DNA of 64,000 nucleotides from Zootoca vivipara. Taxonomy: Eukaryota. Both the position numbers and the translations under genes were made by a program. Location: NCBI RefSeq assembly GCF_963506605.1, contig NC_083277.1:78554001-78618000 (forward strand), read 5' to 3'. Shown here in pieces: positions 11,109-24,584 of the stretch. The notes beneath the pieces were generated by a model. It was not told the origin of the DNA, did not search any database, and worked only from the letters and a program-made list of their open reading frames with translations. Position 1 is the stretch's first letter. Each line of letters opens with the position of its first letter.

Positions 11109-12872
11109 AAAATGAAAAGGTTCTCAGAGATTTTCTTCTAGGTGCCAAACATGTGCCAGGTGCTTTGCTCATAGAAATAGAAGACCCACTAGTGACTCAA
11201 ATGTAAATATGGCTAATATTCTTAAGCTTTGTTACCACTGAAATTATAACTTTGGGTGTATGCTGGACTACTTCAGAGCACAGGTGGAGCTTATATGATT
11301 GAGTGCTCCTCCATACAAAAATCTATTCACATAAGAAACTGCCTATGCAGAATTTTTGGTGGTGATGGTGGTTTATGAAGGAGCATACAATCATGTGAAT
11401 TCCCACCTACAGCCTGAAATGAAATAGCCAAGTCACAGGTTTATCACTTCAGTTACAATTATGTCTTAGGAGAGCACAGTAGAACTAAAAGGTTGACTCC
11501 AACATATACATTGCTATGAAAAATAAAAAGCACAAAGGCTTTTATCAACCCCTCAGTCTAGTGTCTTTGACAAATGTTATTTAAACCTAGCTGTCAAGAG
11601 GAGGTTGAGGAGAGAGAGGTTAAAGACACAGTCATTAGCCTTTTGGAAAATATCCTGATTGGGATAACACCCTTGGAAAAACAAAGTTTATTGCTCTTTG
11701 GAAGGTTTGCTCACTGAGGGTCAACACAGAACAGTGTAGCAATAAAAGCTGACATTTCTCACTGGCAACATGCTGCTCTGCTTGGATTGTGTTGGCAGAC
11801 TCTTCTGCCTCCCCTGCGTCTGATACTGATTCTATCTCAGACAGCAGGCAGGCTCAGCAGTTGGTAGGATCGAAGAGGAACAGCACACAGAGGAGCTAAA
11901 ATGGTTTGAAGTGGCTGTAGCTGCAGGGACCTGGTCTCATTCCACAACTAGAAGTGCAACACTATTGTTAAACAGATAAGCCATTAGAGTTGACCCACTG
12001 AAAATGCCTGTTTAATTTATGTATACAACAGAGCCCTGGGGAAAGGTAACATGCTTGCAGAGTGTCTTGTATATTTTGTTGTCTCTGTTCCATGTTTAGT
12101 TGTTCATCAGAGCAGTTTACTCAAACAAAAAGGGAAAACCTCAGCTTTCATGACACCAGTAATAAATTAAATAATACCAAAGTTTTGGACCAATCGATAC
12201 TTGCAGAACCTGACCTGTAATCTTACTTGAGTTACCTCTTAACAGCATTACACTGTCATGTGAGCAGTTTGCCGAGTATGAAGAAAATTCCTTTAATGTA
12301 TCCTATGATCACCGGCAATGTTTTGAATTTCTATATGGTTTTTTTACAGAGAAGTATTATGATGATACTACAAAATGGGGGTGGGGGAGCAGGGATGAGC
12401 TGACTTTTTGTCATTTGAGGTGCTGCACAAATTATAGCTAACTAATTAAATCAAATAATCCTTTCCTGTTAGAGCAAACCAGCCCCAGACAAAAATCCTA
12501 GGTCTAATTCTGCTTTATCACTTGGTCACTTGGCTCATTGCTTTGCATTTTTCAGCTCTATTGATCTGATATAGTGCACTATTAAAATGAATTGTTTTTA
12601 CAAAATGTTCTTGCTGAAAATGTCACATTCTCCCTAAAGCCATGTATAGAGAGATAAAAGTGTAAGATGTGGGCCACGAAAGACAGTGACAGCATTGCTG
12701 CTAATCAGGAAGAAACTGTGCAGATTCTACCCACTCAGCATAGAGGTCTTTGAAAATGTTGAGCACTGACCATTCTAGACATCTCAAACTCAAAAAGAAC
12801 TCAGGAAAGAATGGATCTGTAAACAGAAAGAGCCACTGTATAGAAACAAAAATGATAAGCGTTGTTGTAAAG

Positions 12873-13158
12873 CAGTTATGGAACCTGTGGCCCTTCAGGT
12901 GTTCTTGGACGACAACTCCCATCATCCTTGAGCATTGGCTATGCTGGCTTAGGCTGATAGAAGCTGAAGTCTAACAAATTTAGCCTGGATAGCTCAGTTT
13001 GTGCTGATAACCAAAGGCTACATCTTCGATCCCTGTATGGAACAGCTGAATATTCCTCCATTGTAGGAGGTTGGACTAGATGATCCTCATGGTCCCCTCC
13101 AACTCTATTATTCTATCTGATCCCAACATCTGGAGCACCACAGATCTCCCCACTCCTG
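12873..13158. mobile_element. Degenerate palindromic hAT MITE with a nested SINE
   Basis: ggaacctgtggcccttcaggtgtt...caactcccatcatcc and caacatctggagcaccacagatctccccactcctg arms, related to 22580 and 27271. Confidence 0.7.
12983..13116 (+). mobile_element. tRNA-derived SINE with CR1-like tail (Squam2-like)
   Basis: A-box-like ggatagctcagt, B-box-like ttcgatccc, CR1 tail ggttggactagatgatcctcatggtcccctccaactct. Confidence 0.7.
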
Positions 13159-15743
13159 TTATAACAAACCCAGATCCTGTAAACCAATAAAAAGGACCCT
13201 TCCTATGCTTTGTGCAATATTTTTTTTAAAAAAGTAACTCCGAATTGTTATAACAACTCAAAGTAAGGCTGGATAGGATGGGTTGACATCCTACTTCTTT
13301 TTCAAACTAAAATATAGCCATGCCACTTCCTTTCAGGTGAACATCAGGCTGAACTGTTCTACTGTACTTCCTTTTTTCTTCCCACTTCTAAACCATCCAG
13401 CTTCCTCACCCCCACCCCCTCCACTTCAGGCATAGGCTTGTTACAGAGAATTTTCTTGTCTAACACTTATTTTTCTCTTCACCAGCCTTTTATTTGCAAT
13501 CTTGTCTATCCTGCTCCTCACAGAGAAGCTGTTGATATAACAGAAGCAAATGCAATTGGATGCAGTGCTTCCTTGGTTTTGAGGTGAAGTTGTCCTTGAT
13601 GCTCCTATGAAGTGTTGAGTGTTGCATCTTATTCAGTTTTGCATTCCCCCCACTTCTTGGAATGTATGCCTTCATGTTGCATTTAATGGGTTCTGTTATT
13701 ATTTGTCTGTGTTTTTGAAGTGTCAAATGCTAATTACAAAAGAATACAGTGAGTGAAGCATATGCAAGCAAGGCAAGTTCCTAAGAAGTAGTTTGAACCT
13801 TCAAAGAAGAAGCAAAAGAAGTTTTCCCATGGAGATACTGCAAGTCCCATGCAACACCAAAAGTAAAAAAGGAGAAGCATTGTGATCTCTCTTCTTTTGC
13901 TATGTTCTTTGAATCTCTGAAGTGTCTCTAAAGGGTAAGTATTATCTAGAGCTTTCTCTTAGTCAATGGATTCCTTCCCTTTCACTACCTCCCTTTTTCT
14001 CCCTTGCTATTTCTACTCCCTGTACTATCATGCAAATGTTCATAGCGAAATTACCTCAGGGCACCTCATACTGTTTCTTTCTATAATGACAAATAAACAA
14101 TTTTTAACTTTTTAGTGTGTTTACCTTGTAAGAAAGTTTAGCAAAACTTACTATAAAATATCTTTCTCACCAACATATCCTTCGGAAGTCTCACCAACAT
14201 ATCCCACAGTCTAAAATGCACTGGGAAATGGCAGTTTGGAATTCAGCACAAACCTGCCACCTGGTCCTTAGCAACTCACTAATGACACTCAGCTAAATAA
14301 TATTGTACCTACAGCTTACCATTAAACATTATTATAAGAACACTCACTCCTCCTGACAGCCCCTTCACATGGGGGGGGGAGGCAAAATGTTTACCAAATA
14401 TTTTATAATTTGTCACTTGACAGAGACCAATTTGCCTGAGATAACACTGCATTCTTTTATGTTAAGCTCACAAGCATTGCAAAAAAGCATTTATGGAAGT
14501 TTGCTGCCCCTCTGAAACACTATTCCCTATCCACAGAATTGCAAAACATATTCTGAACAAGTATACAGCTCCATCAGTTTGACTGACTAAACTAGGCTCT
14601 TGGAATATTTGCTAAACAGTAATACAGAGAAGTTTCAATCTCATTGGAGCTCTCAGACAGGATCTGAGTCTTCGTAGTCTCAGGTTAATCATGTACCTAA
14701 TTTTCTGATTATTGACTTGTTCTCACAAAGGATTCGACTTGCTTTGGCATATCAGCACTCATCAGTGATGAACTGTCAAGTAAAGTTTTACGCTCTTTTC
14801 ACAGATCACATTTTTAAACTGAAGGAACATGGTGTTTTCAATTTTAACTTTAGGGCAACATCCAATGTCAAATTCAGATTATTTCTATTAATCTAGTGAG
14901 ATGTAAAAAGGGGGGAGCTTTTATTGCTCCTTTCATTTTGATATGGAACAGGCTGACTGTTTGTTTCTAGAATCACATTAAGCAATCGATGGATCCTGCT
15001 CAGTTGAGTTACCCTATTGTCAAGCTTTATAGCTGTGCAGAAAGTTAGTGCATAATTTTTGGTTATTGAAATAGGTGAATATTGTTAACTCAAGCCAGAA
15101 TAAAAGAAGAATTGAAGCTTTTGTCTGGGGAATGCTTGAGCTGTAGGATCCTGCTGGGAAAAAGCTCACTCAAGAGAAAGCTTAAGCCAAGATTTGTGGA
15201 TTTAAAAACTTATTCAAGACAACAATAAAGTAAAATCCCAGGATAGAATGTGCCTTATGGATCTGCTGTGTTTGAGCTATGTTAAGGGGATGGAACGGAA
15301 TTTTCACCTGGTAATTCTCTCTTTAAACTAAGAACATCCAAAATGATGAAAATGTAGAAGAGCTGCATCCATATGAATGCTACTATAAATTAACACACAG
15401 CAAGGCAACCTAGGACACAGATATTATTCCATATGTTCTGCAGAAGCTCACTCAGACAAGAAATGTTATGGAAAATGCAAAGCTTTTGCAGAAAACAGCA
15501 GTTCTGTACATTCCCTTTCTTCTCCATTCACAGCAAAGTCTAGTAACACAAAACAACTTGGTGGGTTATTGTACTGCTGAATTTCCTCACTCCTACAAGT
15601 AGCAGCCAATAAAATGAAGTGGAGGCAGGGACACTCACAAAATTCTTTCAGAAACTCTGTATCTCCAGATCTCAGAACAAAATCCCACCAAAAATTAAAA
15701 TAATCACTAACACTTTCCCCCATGAAACATCTTCATACAATAC

Positions 15744-15949
15744 CTGGACATGTGAAGGTGGCAGTCCTCTTCTTATGTATACCGCAAAAAGGGCATCCTT
15801 CCCTAATGAGATATTGAATTTCAGGAATTGTGGCTGTGTGATATGGATTTGTGACCGCCAGAATACTCCTTGTGGTACTTCCTGAGTGACCCTCCGTCCG
15901 ACCTCTGCCTCCCCGCTATCTATGCTGTTGTTTCTAGAGGCCCAAGGTC
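15744..15949 (-). CDS. TENM2: Teneurin-2 coding exon (206 bp, phase 1-0), Ig-like extracellular region; absent from the ORF track
   Basis: Manual translation: (G)[68 protein letters not shown]. Acceptor ttgtcttccag, donor CAG|gtattg. Phase joins both neighbouring exons. Confidence 0.96.
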
Positions 15950-18900
15950 CTGGAAGACAAGAGCCAATAAAAGCAGATGAAAGTCAGATTCAAATAGCTA
16001 TATATTTAGCAGTCTCATTTAAGATGAAACTGTGTGGCAATCTTAGACGTCAAAGCAAAACTTAATTGACAAGACTAATTTATCAACCCATCTTTTTTTT
16101 TTAAAAAAAGTAGTGAAAATACACTGCTTTCAATAGAGTTATTTCAGTGTAAGTGTGAGAATCTGCTTCTTAGAAAGCTATAAACTTGCTCCCTGGGGCT
16201 TCTGAAATCTTGCATACAGCTTCCTCTCCCATTTTTAATTCCATGATTGCTCTTTACTGATCAAACATAATAAGAGCAGAGAGGCAGCTAAGCACATTAA
16301 AAGCTCCTTCCAGCCTTTTCAACATCCTAATGTGAATGGAATATAAAAATAAATCCACATGGGAAAGTAAGGCAGTAATTTCAAAAGGGAAAGGAAGGGG
16401 GTAATTTCAATGTAAATTCACTGATTGAGGAATTTTATTCATCATATGTCAAATACCAAGCAAGTTCGTAAACAATCAAACTATTAAAAAAGAAAAACCC
16501 AAGTCCAATAATTTTAGATTTGCTTCTCTAAATATAAGATTAGAATGAAACCAAATGTATTGTTTTCTAAAGGCTCATGTTGCTTGGAACTTGACCAGCT
16601 GAAAACTAAAATTATCTCCAATATAGTTAAAAACCCCTTGCTGATTCTTGACAAACAACTTCTGACAAGCAACTTTGGACTGCACCTGGGAAAACTGTGA
16701 GATTTTGGATGAAGAGTGGTAGAAAAATATTTTTAAATAAAATAAATAAGAGCATCACCCATTATTTGTCTTTTCAGCAACGCGACATAAGGTAGGTCTG
16801 GCTTCATGATTTTGTCTGCATAATTTTGTCGCCTTTAGATTGGATCTTTTTGTTCATTATTGGTGTGTGGTAGTATAACCATGAGGACATAAGAACTGCC
16901 TTGCTGGATCATTTCATTTCATGCAGAACCATCTTTGACATGACAACCAGGTACTCCAAAGCAGCCCACAAATGTGGCACAAAGGCAACAACCATCCCAA
17001 TATTTGTCTAATGATTTAAAGAACCGTGACTGAAAGTCACATCTTTCAACAATTAATTCCATAAGTTAGGAAAACAAATATTGTGTATATTGGAGCTTCT
17101 GCAATTCAATTTAATTTGGTGACTTGGGCAGTTGTATAGCTTCAGGGTACTCCTGCATGCAGTATTGTCCGTTATTGCAGAATATTACTGCCAGATTGTT
17201 AAGTAGACCAGCTTATCTTATTTACTTTGATTCTATGAGATCTCTACTAACTACATATATGTTACTCGATCCAATTCAAAGTGTTGCTTAAAAAATTGGA
17301 GCTCAGGAACACCTCTCCCAATACAGAGTTGCACATGTGTTAAGATTTTCAGAGGCAATGAGGAGGGACTGGGTAGAAATCTTAACTAAAATAAAATGAA
17401 AGTATTTCAAGATTGTGAATCTTATTTCAGTTTTAGCTATCCAGCTGCTTTAAAGTATGTGATAAAATGGAAGCTTTTCTCTACCCTTCTAATGCATATT
17501 TATAAGAATATTTATAGAAGTTTATATCACTATAAGTTTTTTAATTCAGATTGTTAAATCTGATATGTTGACATGATCACAAATATGGTTTAGATAAATT
17601 TGCACCCGTATAAGAACACACATCTAGGATATAGTTACACCTCTGGAGTTGAATCAGTTTGCCAAAATCTGTCATAATTTTTGCCAAATATTATCTTTGA
17701 GAGACAGCACTTTCAACAAGGGCATAACAATGTGGCAGGGAAGTGTGTATAATCCAAGTAAGTACCAAAACATATCCTCTGCATCCATTGTCTTTAAATG
17801 TAATTACCACTGCAACAAGTTTTCAATTTTAAATTCCAAATTGCCTGTGCTCTTGAGGCTTACACTTGCATGTAATGAAAAGCCATTTAAACATATTCTG
17901 TTGCCAATGTCTTTACATGGTAAGAGAATGCTTTTACTGAACATTGTTAATCTTTGAATAACAGTTTTTAATAAGCTGTGTCTTTTTTGAATTTTCTAGG
18001 TTAATGGGTCTTCAACAATATCCGAGGACAAATAAAAGGCAAAGGCAAAGAGAAACACAAGAGCATGTTGGCTACAAATGAAACAAATGGGATTAATGTA
18101 ATGTCAAGCAACATGCCTATGTGGGTATGCCTGAGAAACTCATCATCCTCAAGAGGTATCAAGTGAAGATTCATAATGGAACAATGATCCTTTCTACAAG
18201 CACTGCCTTTCATCTGAGGATCTGTAAGTACCTTGCACACACTGAGAAACCAAGCAACATAACCAGGTATTGGCATACTCATAATAAAAAGAGAAATACT
18301 AACTATCAAGAGCATGACAGCGTACTAAGGGTAGCACATCAGTCAGTGGCAGTGATGGATAGAAAGGCTAGAATATTGGGAAATAGAAAAGGTGTAATTT
18401 GCATCTATCACTTAAGAATGTAAGAAGTGCCATGCATTTACAAATTGATGCAGATTTCATCCTTCAATTAAGACAAAGCTTTTCCTAATCTTGTAACTAC
18501 CAAGCAATGAGTCAAATAACAAAAACATAACATCTTTACTATTTGTTCAAAAACAACACAGAATCTTATGTCAATGTAAGAAATAAAAGCTTAAGGCATA
18601 ATTTAAGGTGCCATACAATTCTGTTGTTTGGAGGGGTATGGGGAGAATATAATCCACTGAGTAAGTTTCTATGGGTTAAAAACATGTCCAGATTTTAACT
18701 TTTAAATAAAATGATACCGTTTTTATTTGGATTGACACACCTCTATTGTGGGTAACAGATCACATTATCTGCTCCTGAACCTAGTAAGAGGACCACAATA
18801 TATGCACAAGATATTCAGCAGTAAGTCAACAAACATCTGCCCTACAGTTTCCCTTTCTCTGCTAAGCTTTGTTGATCTCTACTCCCAAGATGAAAGTGGA

Positions 18901-19293
18901 CTCTAGTTGGCTTAAGCCACAAAAGCCTAAGTCAACCCTACATGATTGCTTGAAGGGTTCTGTAAGATCACAGCAGTGGGCTGGGCTAAGAGGGCAGCAA
19001 AACACCACTGCCAAGCCATTGGCAATGCTTTGGAAATTGAGCCCAAATATGACCCCATGAATACCTTTTGATAGGTAGGACAAGAGGACAGAATCTCTGA
19101 TTCTTTGTTCTACCAGTTTACTGTGAAACATTAGCTAGCAAAATGAATATATAACATTGTCTTATAAACCAAACCAATCTACCCTAACTTTTCCCATTTG
19201 CAGCGAGGGAGACCATTGGAGATGCCTGTCGCCACCTTCACCACTCAAGTCACCCCCACATGGGTATAGTTTTTGAACAGGGTTTATCCATAT

Positions 19294-19437
19294 GAATCAT
19301 AGAGTTGGAAGAGACCTTGAGTGTCATCTAGTCCAATCCTCTGCAATGCATGAATCCTGCCCACAGCTGTCCCTGGGTGGGCTCGAACCACCAACCTGGT
19401 TAACAGACAGATGAACTGACCCATTGCATCACAGAGA
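19294..19437 (-). mobile_element. tRNA-derived SINE with CR1-like tail
   Basis: Reverse strand has a B-box ggttcgagccc and the CR1 tail ttggactagatgac...tcttccaactctatgattc. Confidence 0.7.
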
Positions 19438-21583
19438 TTTCAAGTTCTATGCAAGTAAGCCAAACCGGCTCACTTGACTGTGCAATTTGATCCTACAAAT
19501 GTTAAATTTTATATGAATAGATCCCATTCAAATACTATACCAGTGCAGTGACAGCATTTCACCTATGGACACTGTCACAGTGCAAAGACAAGAAGATGTT
19601 TTGAAAAGAACTTGTTTCTTTCTTTTTTGTCTACTGTATGCCCTTCCATATTATCAATTATTGGCTTGTATGTTTCATTATGATATGTTTTCTCTTTAAT
19701 TGAGGCATACTGGCACATTAAAGATGTGATAAGCAAATGGCATTGTAGTAACTGAAAAATGTCCCCTATACTGAAATGGTGGAATATAAATATATCATGT
19801 GCCTTCAGCTTACTTGCATATATCATGTGCCTTCAGCTTACTTGCATTGTTTTCACTTTCCTTATCTGAATATTTCATAAGCATGAACCAAACTGCAGTG
19901 AAGTTAGTAAGAAGTTCTCTGAAAAACTTAGCTTTGGGCTCTAGAACAGCTTACTCCTTCTGCAAAAGTAACAGGTGTTTTAAAGTGGAAGGCTACATAG
20001 CAGAAGTCGAAGGCTGTGATGGAAAGACCACTGTAGTAGCCTCATACTTGCATATTTCATACTTCTTGTTACTGCAGTGGAGAGGCTATACTTTAGGAAT
20101 AATGGACCAAATTGGTTAGCTACACGAGTTATCATCCTTTTTTCATGGTGATGTTAAACTAATCAATTTTACATCACATTCAAATGTTATAATTCTATGG
20201 AATTGTGTATAATTAGGCAGTGCACAACTCAGGAACAAATTCCAAATATTTCAATCAATTAAAAGGAAATACAATTTAAAATAGTAGAGTCTCCTACAAG
20301 CATTAGAGGCAAATCAGTTTTGAACATGTCTCCTTAGACTTAGCTCATCTAAAACTGAAATGATAAAAAATGCTGCAATGTAGGTTATAGAAATGAAGTC
20401 CCTACAAGAGTACCTGTAAAATTTAACAAAAGTTACAAAGTACGCCTTCATAAATCTGCTTTAGAGATTATTCTGCATCACATATTTATATCTGTAGCAA
20501 ATAAAAGTGAATACTGAGTATTTTGTAAGACATCACACTTCATTCCCATTAATTCTGTAGGCAGTGCAAATAGCCCAGGGATCATTTGAACTCTTAGAAG
20601 GGCTCAGAAGACTTGTATTTCATTGTCTATTAATACAGTCCATGCCATACATGATACAGTTTTGAGCTGTCAATAAATTCTGCTAATAGCATTTGCTTAT
20701 AGTTCTGCTGAGTCTACATTCTCCTGTAATAACTATTGCTTTACTTCCTAGAACTAAAAAAGTGCCTCTCCCCAAAGCTGCAATATAAACTTACATGCTC
20801 TAAATGAATACTAACAGGGTTTTTTTTAATGTAGAAGAAAAGAACACATTTCAGATGGTCAAAATACTAAAATAAACATACATGGGGGGAAGGCTGCTCC
20901 CATGATGTATGTGTATATGTGTATGTGTGTGTTAGAGAGAAAGAAAGAGAAAGAGAAAGAGAGGGAGGGAGGGAGAGTCCAGTAGAGTGTGACTAGACAG
21001 GCAGAAAGAGTACTAACAGCTCAGACCTAGGCATGAAACAGTAGATAAAACATATGAGTTTTTTGACGGTGGGGTTAGGCTACATACCAAGACGCTATTA
21101 ATTCCTGGATCTAGTAAATGTTAAAATCTAAGCAAGGATTCAATTTCCTGGAATAGGGTGTTAATGCTGTGAACCTCTCCATCGTATATCATAAAGGTGC
21201 CTGGAACCCTTTGAGTTTCACACCACTTGGAGATTGGAATGGTGTGTAACACATACATACAACCAGGCTGCAACATTGCCATTAAATAAACTCATATCCA
21301 GTCTGATCTACTTTGTTTCTAGAACTAAAGCACTGCAAATCTTATGCACGTGTAAGTATATATACAGTGAGGGGGGAAAGTATTTGATCCCCTGCTAAAT
21401 TTGCCCGTTTGCTCTCTGACGAAGAAATGCCCAGTCCATAATTTTAATGGTAGGTTTATTGTAGCTGTGAGAGACAGAATAACAACACAAAAAACCCCAG
21501 AAACCCAGAAGACAAAAGTCAGAGATTGAAGTGCATTATAATGAGTGAAATATGTATTTGATCCCTTTGCAAAAGATGACAGT

Positions 21584-22726
21584 GTACTTGGTGGCAAAAC
21601 CGTTGTTGGCAATTACAGAGGTCAAGCGTTTCTTGTAGGTGGCCACCAGGTTTGCACACATTTCAGGAGGTATTTTGTCCCACTCCTCTTTGCAGATCCT
21701 CTCCAAGTCAGTAAGATTTCAAGGCTGATGTGTAGCTACTCAAACCTTCAGCTCCCTTCACAGATTTTCAATGGGATTAAGGTCTGGAGACTGGCTAGGC
21801 CACTCCAGGACCTTAATGTGCTTCTTCTTGAGCCACCCCTTTGTTGCCTTGGCTGTGTGTTTTGGGTCATTGTCATGCTGAAATACCCACCCTCGACCCA
21901 TTTTCAATGCCCTGGCTGAGGGAAGGAGGTGCTCACTCAAGATTTGACGATACATGGTCCCGCCCATCATTCCTTTGATGTGGTAAAGGTGTCCTGTCCC
22001 CTTAGCAGAAAAAACACTCCCAAAGCATAATATGTTCCCCTCCATGTTTGACAGTGGGGATGGTGTTCTTGGGGTCGTAGGCAGCATTCCTCCTCCTCCA
22101 AACACGGTGAGTTGAGTTGATGCAAAAGTGCTTGATTTGGGTCTCATCTGACGACAACACTTTCACCCAGTTCTCCTCTGGGTCATTCAGATGTGCATTG
22201 GCAAACTGCGGATGGGCCTGTACCTTGTGGGCTCTGCAAGATCTCAGTCCTTCACGGCGTAGTGTGTTACCAACTGTTTTCATGGTGACTATGGTCCCGG
22301 CTGCCCTGAGATCATTGACAAGTTCCCCCCATGTATAGTTCTGAGCTGCTTCATCACCGTTCTCCTGATCATTGCAACTTCATGAGATGAGATCTTGTAT
22401 GGAGCCCCAGACCGAGGGAGGTTGGCAGCTATTTTGTGTTTCTTCCATTTGCGAATTATTGCACCAACTGTTGTCACCTTCTCACCAAGCTGCTTGGCAA
22501 TAGTCTTGTAGCCCAGTCCAGCCTTGTGCAGGTCTACAATCTTGTCCCTGACATCCTTGGACAGCTCTTTGGTCTTGGTCAGGCATCCCCAAACTGCGGC
22601 CCTCCAGATGTTTTGGCCTACAACTCCCATGATTCCTAGCTAAGAGGACCAGTGGTCAGGGATGATGGGAATTGTAGTCCAAAACATCTGGAGGGCTGAA
22701 GTCTGGGGATGTCTGGTCTTGGTCAT
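21584..22726 (-). pseudogene. DD34E Tc1 transposase pseudogene (frameshifts, stops, MITE insertion after codon ~3)
   Basis: [31 protein letters not shown] (paired-like HTH), [22 protein letters not shown]...[14 protein letters not shown] with exactly 34 residues between D and E. Confidence 0.95.
22580..22715. mobile_element. Palindromic hAT MITE nested in the Tc1 transposase 5' end
   Basis: 8-bp TSD gtcttggt; TIR caggcatccccaaact / agtctggggatgtctg. Confidence 0.92.
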
Positions 22727-23046
22727 GGTGGCTACTTTGGAATCTACTGGATTGATTGCTTCTGTCAACAGGTGTCTTTTATACAGGTACTGTAACAAGC
22801 TGGGATTACAGGTAATACCTCTCCCTTACAGCAGGTGTTTCTAATCTCAGCTCGTTATACAGTGAAGATACCAGGTAGCCTGACATCTGGCTGGTTGATA
22901 GGGGATCAAATACTTATTTCACTCATTATAATGCACATCAATCTCTGACTTTTGTCTTCTGGGTTTCTGGGGTTTTTTGTGTTGTTCTGTCTCTCACAAC
23001 CACAATAAACCTACCATTTAAACTATGGACTGGTCATTTCTTCATC

Positions 23047-23819
23047 CAGGGCCAGCTCTAGGTAGACCCGCGGTGGTGTGGGGCGCCAGGGCGCCTGGGT
23101 GCTCAGGGGGCGCTGAGGGGCGCGCCAGCAAGTGGGGGAGCTGCGCGGCGGCCTCACTTTTCCCTCCGCCAGCCGCACCACTCAGGGGAGAGCAGGGAGG
23201 TAAGCGAGTGGAGCAGGGGCTCTAGGACCCTGTTCCGCTCTGCAGCGCCAGGGTCATCCCTCACCCCGGCGCTGCGTTTCATTGGTAGAGGCAACACCAC
23301 ATGGCAGCAGCTCCACCAATGAAACACAGCGCCAGGGTCATCCCTGTTAGTGGGAAAGCTTGGATGCCTTCCCACAGTCTGGGGCTCTCTCCACTGGCTC
23401 CATGGCGCCCATGGCCTCCGCTGCCGGCAGGAGGGCTCCGACCGGACTGCAGGAGCGGGGCTCTCCCTGCTGGCTCCGTGGGGGGGGGGAAGAGCCATGA
23501 GGGGAAAGGGCTGTCCTTTCCCCTCATTTAAAACTACGGAGTGGCCGGGATGACGGGCCTCTCTGCAGGCCGCGCTCTCCCCTTCCCGACCCTGCGGCTC
23601 TCGGCTCAGCCCAGGCGGAGCTCCGAGGCCTTCCGGGGTGGGGGAGACGACGAGCGCCTCCAGGGAAGCCTCTCAGCGCCTCCAGGGAAGGTAAGAGCTT
23701 TCCTTTTTTTTTAAATGGAGGGGAAGAGCTGGAGGTCGAGATTTATTTATTTTTTTAAGAGTGGGGGGTGCCCGAGGGATCCCTGCACCAGGGCGCTTGA
23801 TGATCTTAAGACGGCCCTG
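23047..23819. mobile_element. GC-rich non-autonomous hAT element nested in the Tc1 TIR
   Basis: 8-bp TSD tcttcatc; termini cagggcc ... ggccctg. Confidence 0.88.
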
Positions 23820-24016
23820 TCTTCATCAGAGGGCAAATGGGCAAATTTAGCAGGGGATCAAATACTTTCCCCCCTCACTGTATATGCACATACAGAGTAA
23901 CAATTTTTTGCACTAAATACACTCTTTAAATAACTTGGGTTTTCCAGAGGTCATAGATAGCTTAAACAAATGTATTTATTTGCAGCATTGATCCATTTTA
24001 TTTTCATGGTCTACAG

Positions 24017-24584
24017 CAGTGGTTTTCAACCAGTGTGCCATGGCACCCTGGGTGCCTTGAATGATGGTCAGGGGTGCTGCGGGCAACACTGGCCTCTGTC
24101 TCTCTTTCCTTCCCTCCCTTCCTCTGATGCCTTCTTGTGTCTCTGCCTTCCGAAATCTTGCAGCAGCACTGGCTACAAGCGCCTCAGGCAAATGTTGCCT
24201 CTGGGGCTGGCCAGGGGGTGCTGGTTGCCAGGAGCTGAGGCAGCAATGGAATAAGTAAGCAAGTGGGCAAGGGACCCTAGGCCAGCCAGTTGACCAGCCT
24301 TTGCTGTTGGGAATGGACAGACAGGTTCCAGGGCCATTTTGGACAGTGTGAGGAGTCACTTCTCATTAGGGCAGGGGGACAGCTCAGAGGACTCCTAAGG
24401 AGAGGGGAGAGAAGAGGAGGCTGAGGAAACACTCCACAAGGGAGGGGTGTTCAAAAAGGGTGAGAGGCTGCCAGCTCTGCAGGCAAAGGGTGACATAACA
24501 GGGCTCCTGAGCCCCACAGGGGTGCCGCAGAAGGAATGTTGTTGATCGTGGGAAACATGGACACAAAAAGGTTGAAAATCTCTG
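24017..24584. mobile_element. Non-autonomous hAT-Charlie element
   Basis: TIR cagtggttttcaacc / ggttgaaaatctctg; TSD gtctacag / atctacag (7/8). Confidence 0.85.

Larger units (their letters stand above)
21365..23880 (-). mobile_element. Full-length IR/DR Tc1-like transposon (ZB/Tzf-like), ~1.59 kb after removing two nested hAT insertions
   Basis: TA TSD; ~200-bp TIRs beginning cagtgaggggggaaagtatttgatcccctgctaaatttgccc, with the internal direct repeat tatttgatccc; transposase homology inside. Confidence 0.96.

Noticed and set aside
10960-11206. Poly-N, poly-L and poly-I ORFs (also at 2522, 27017, 56808)
   Set aside because: Translations of (TTA)n microsatellite tails.
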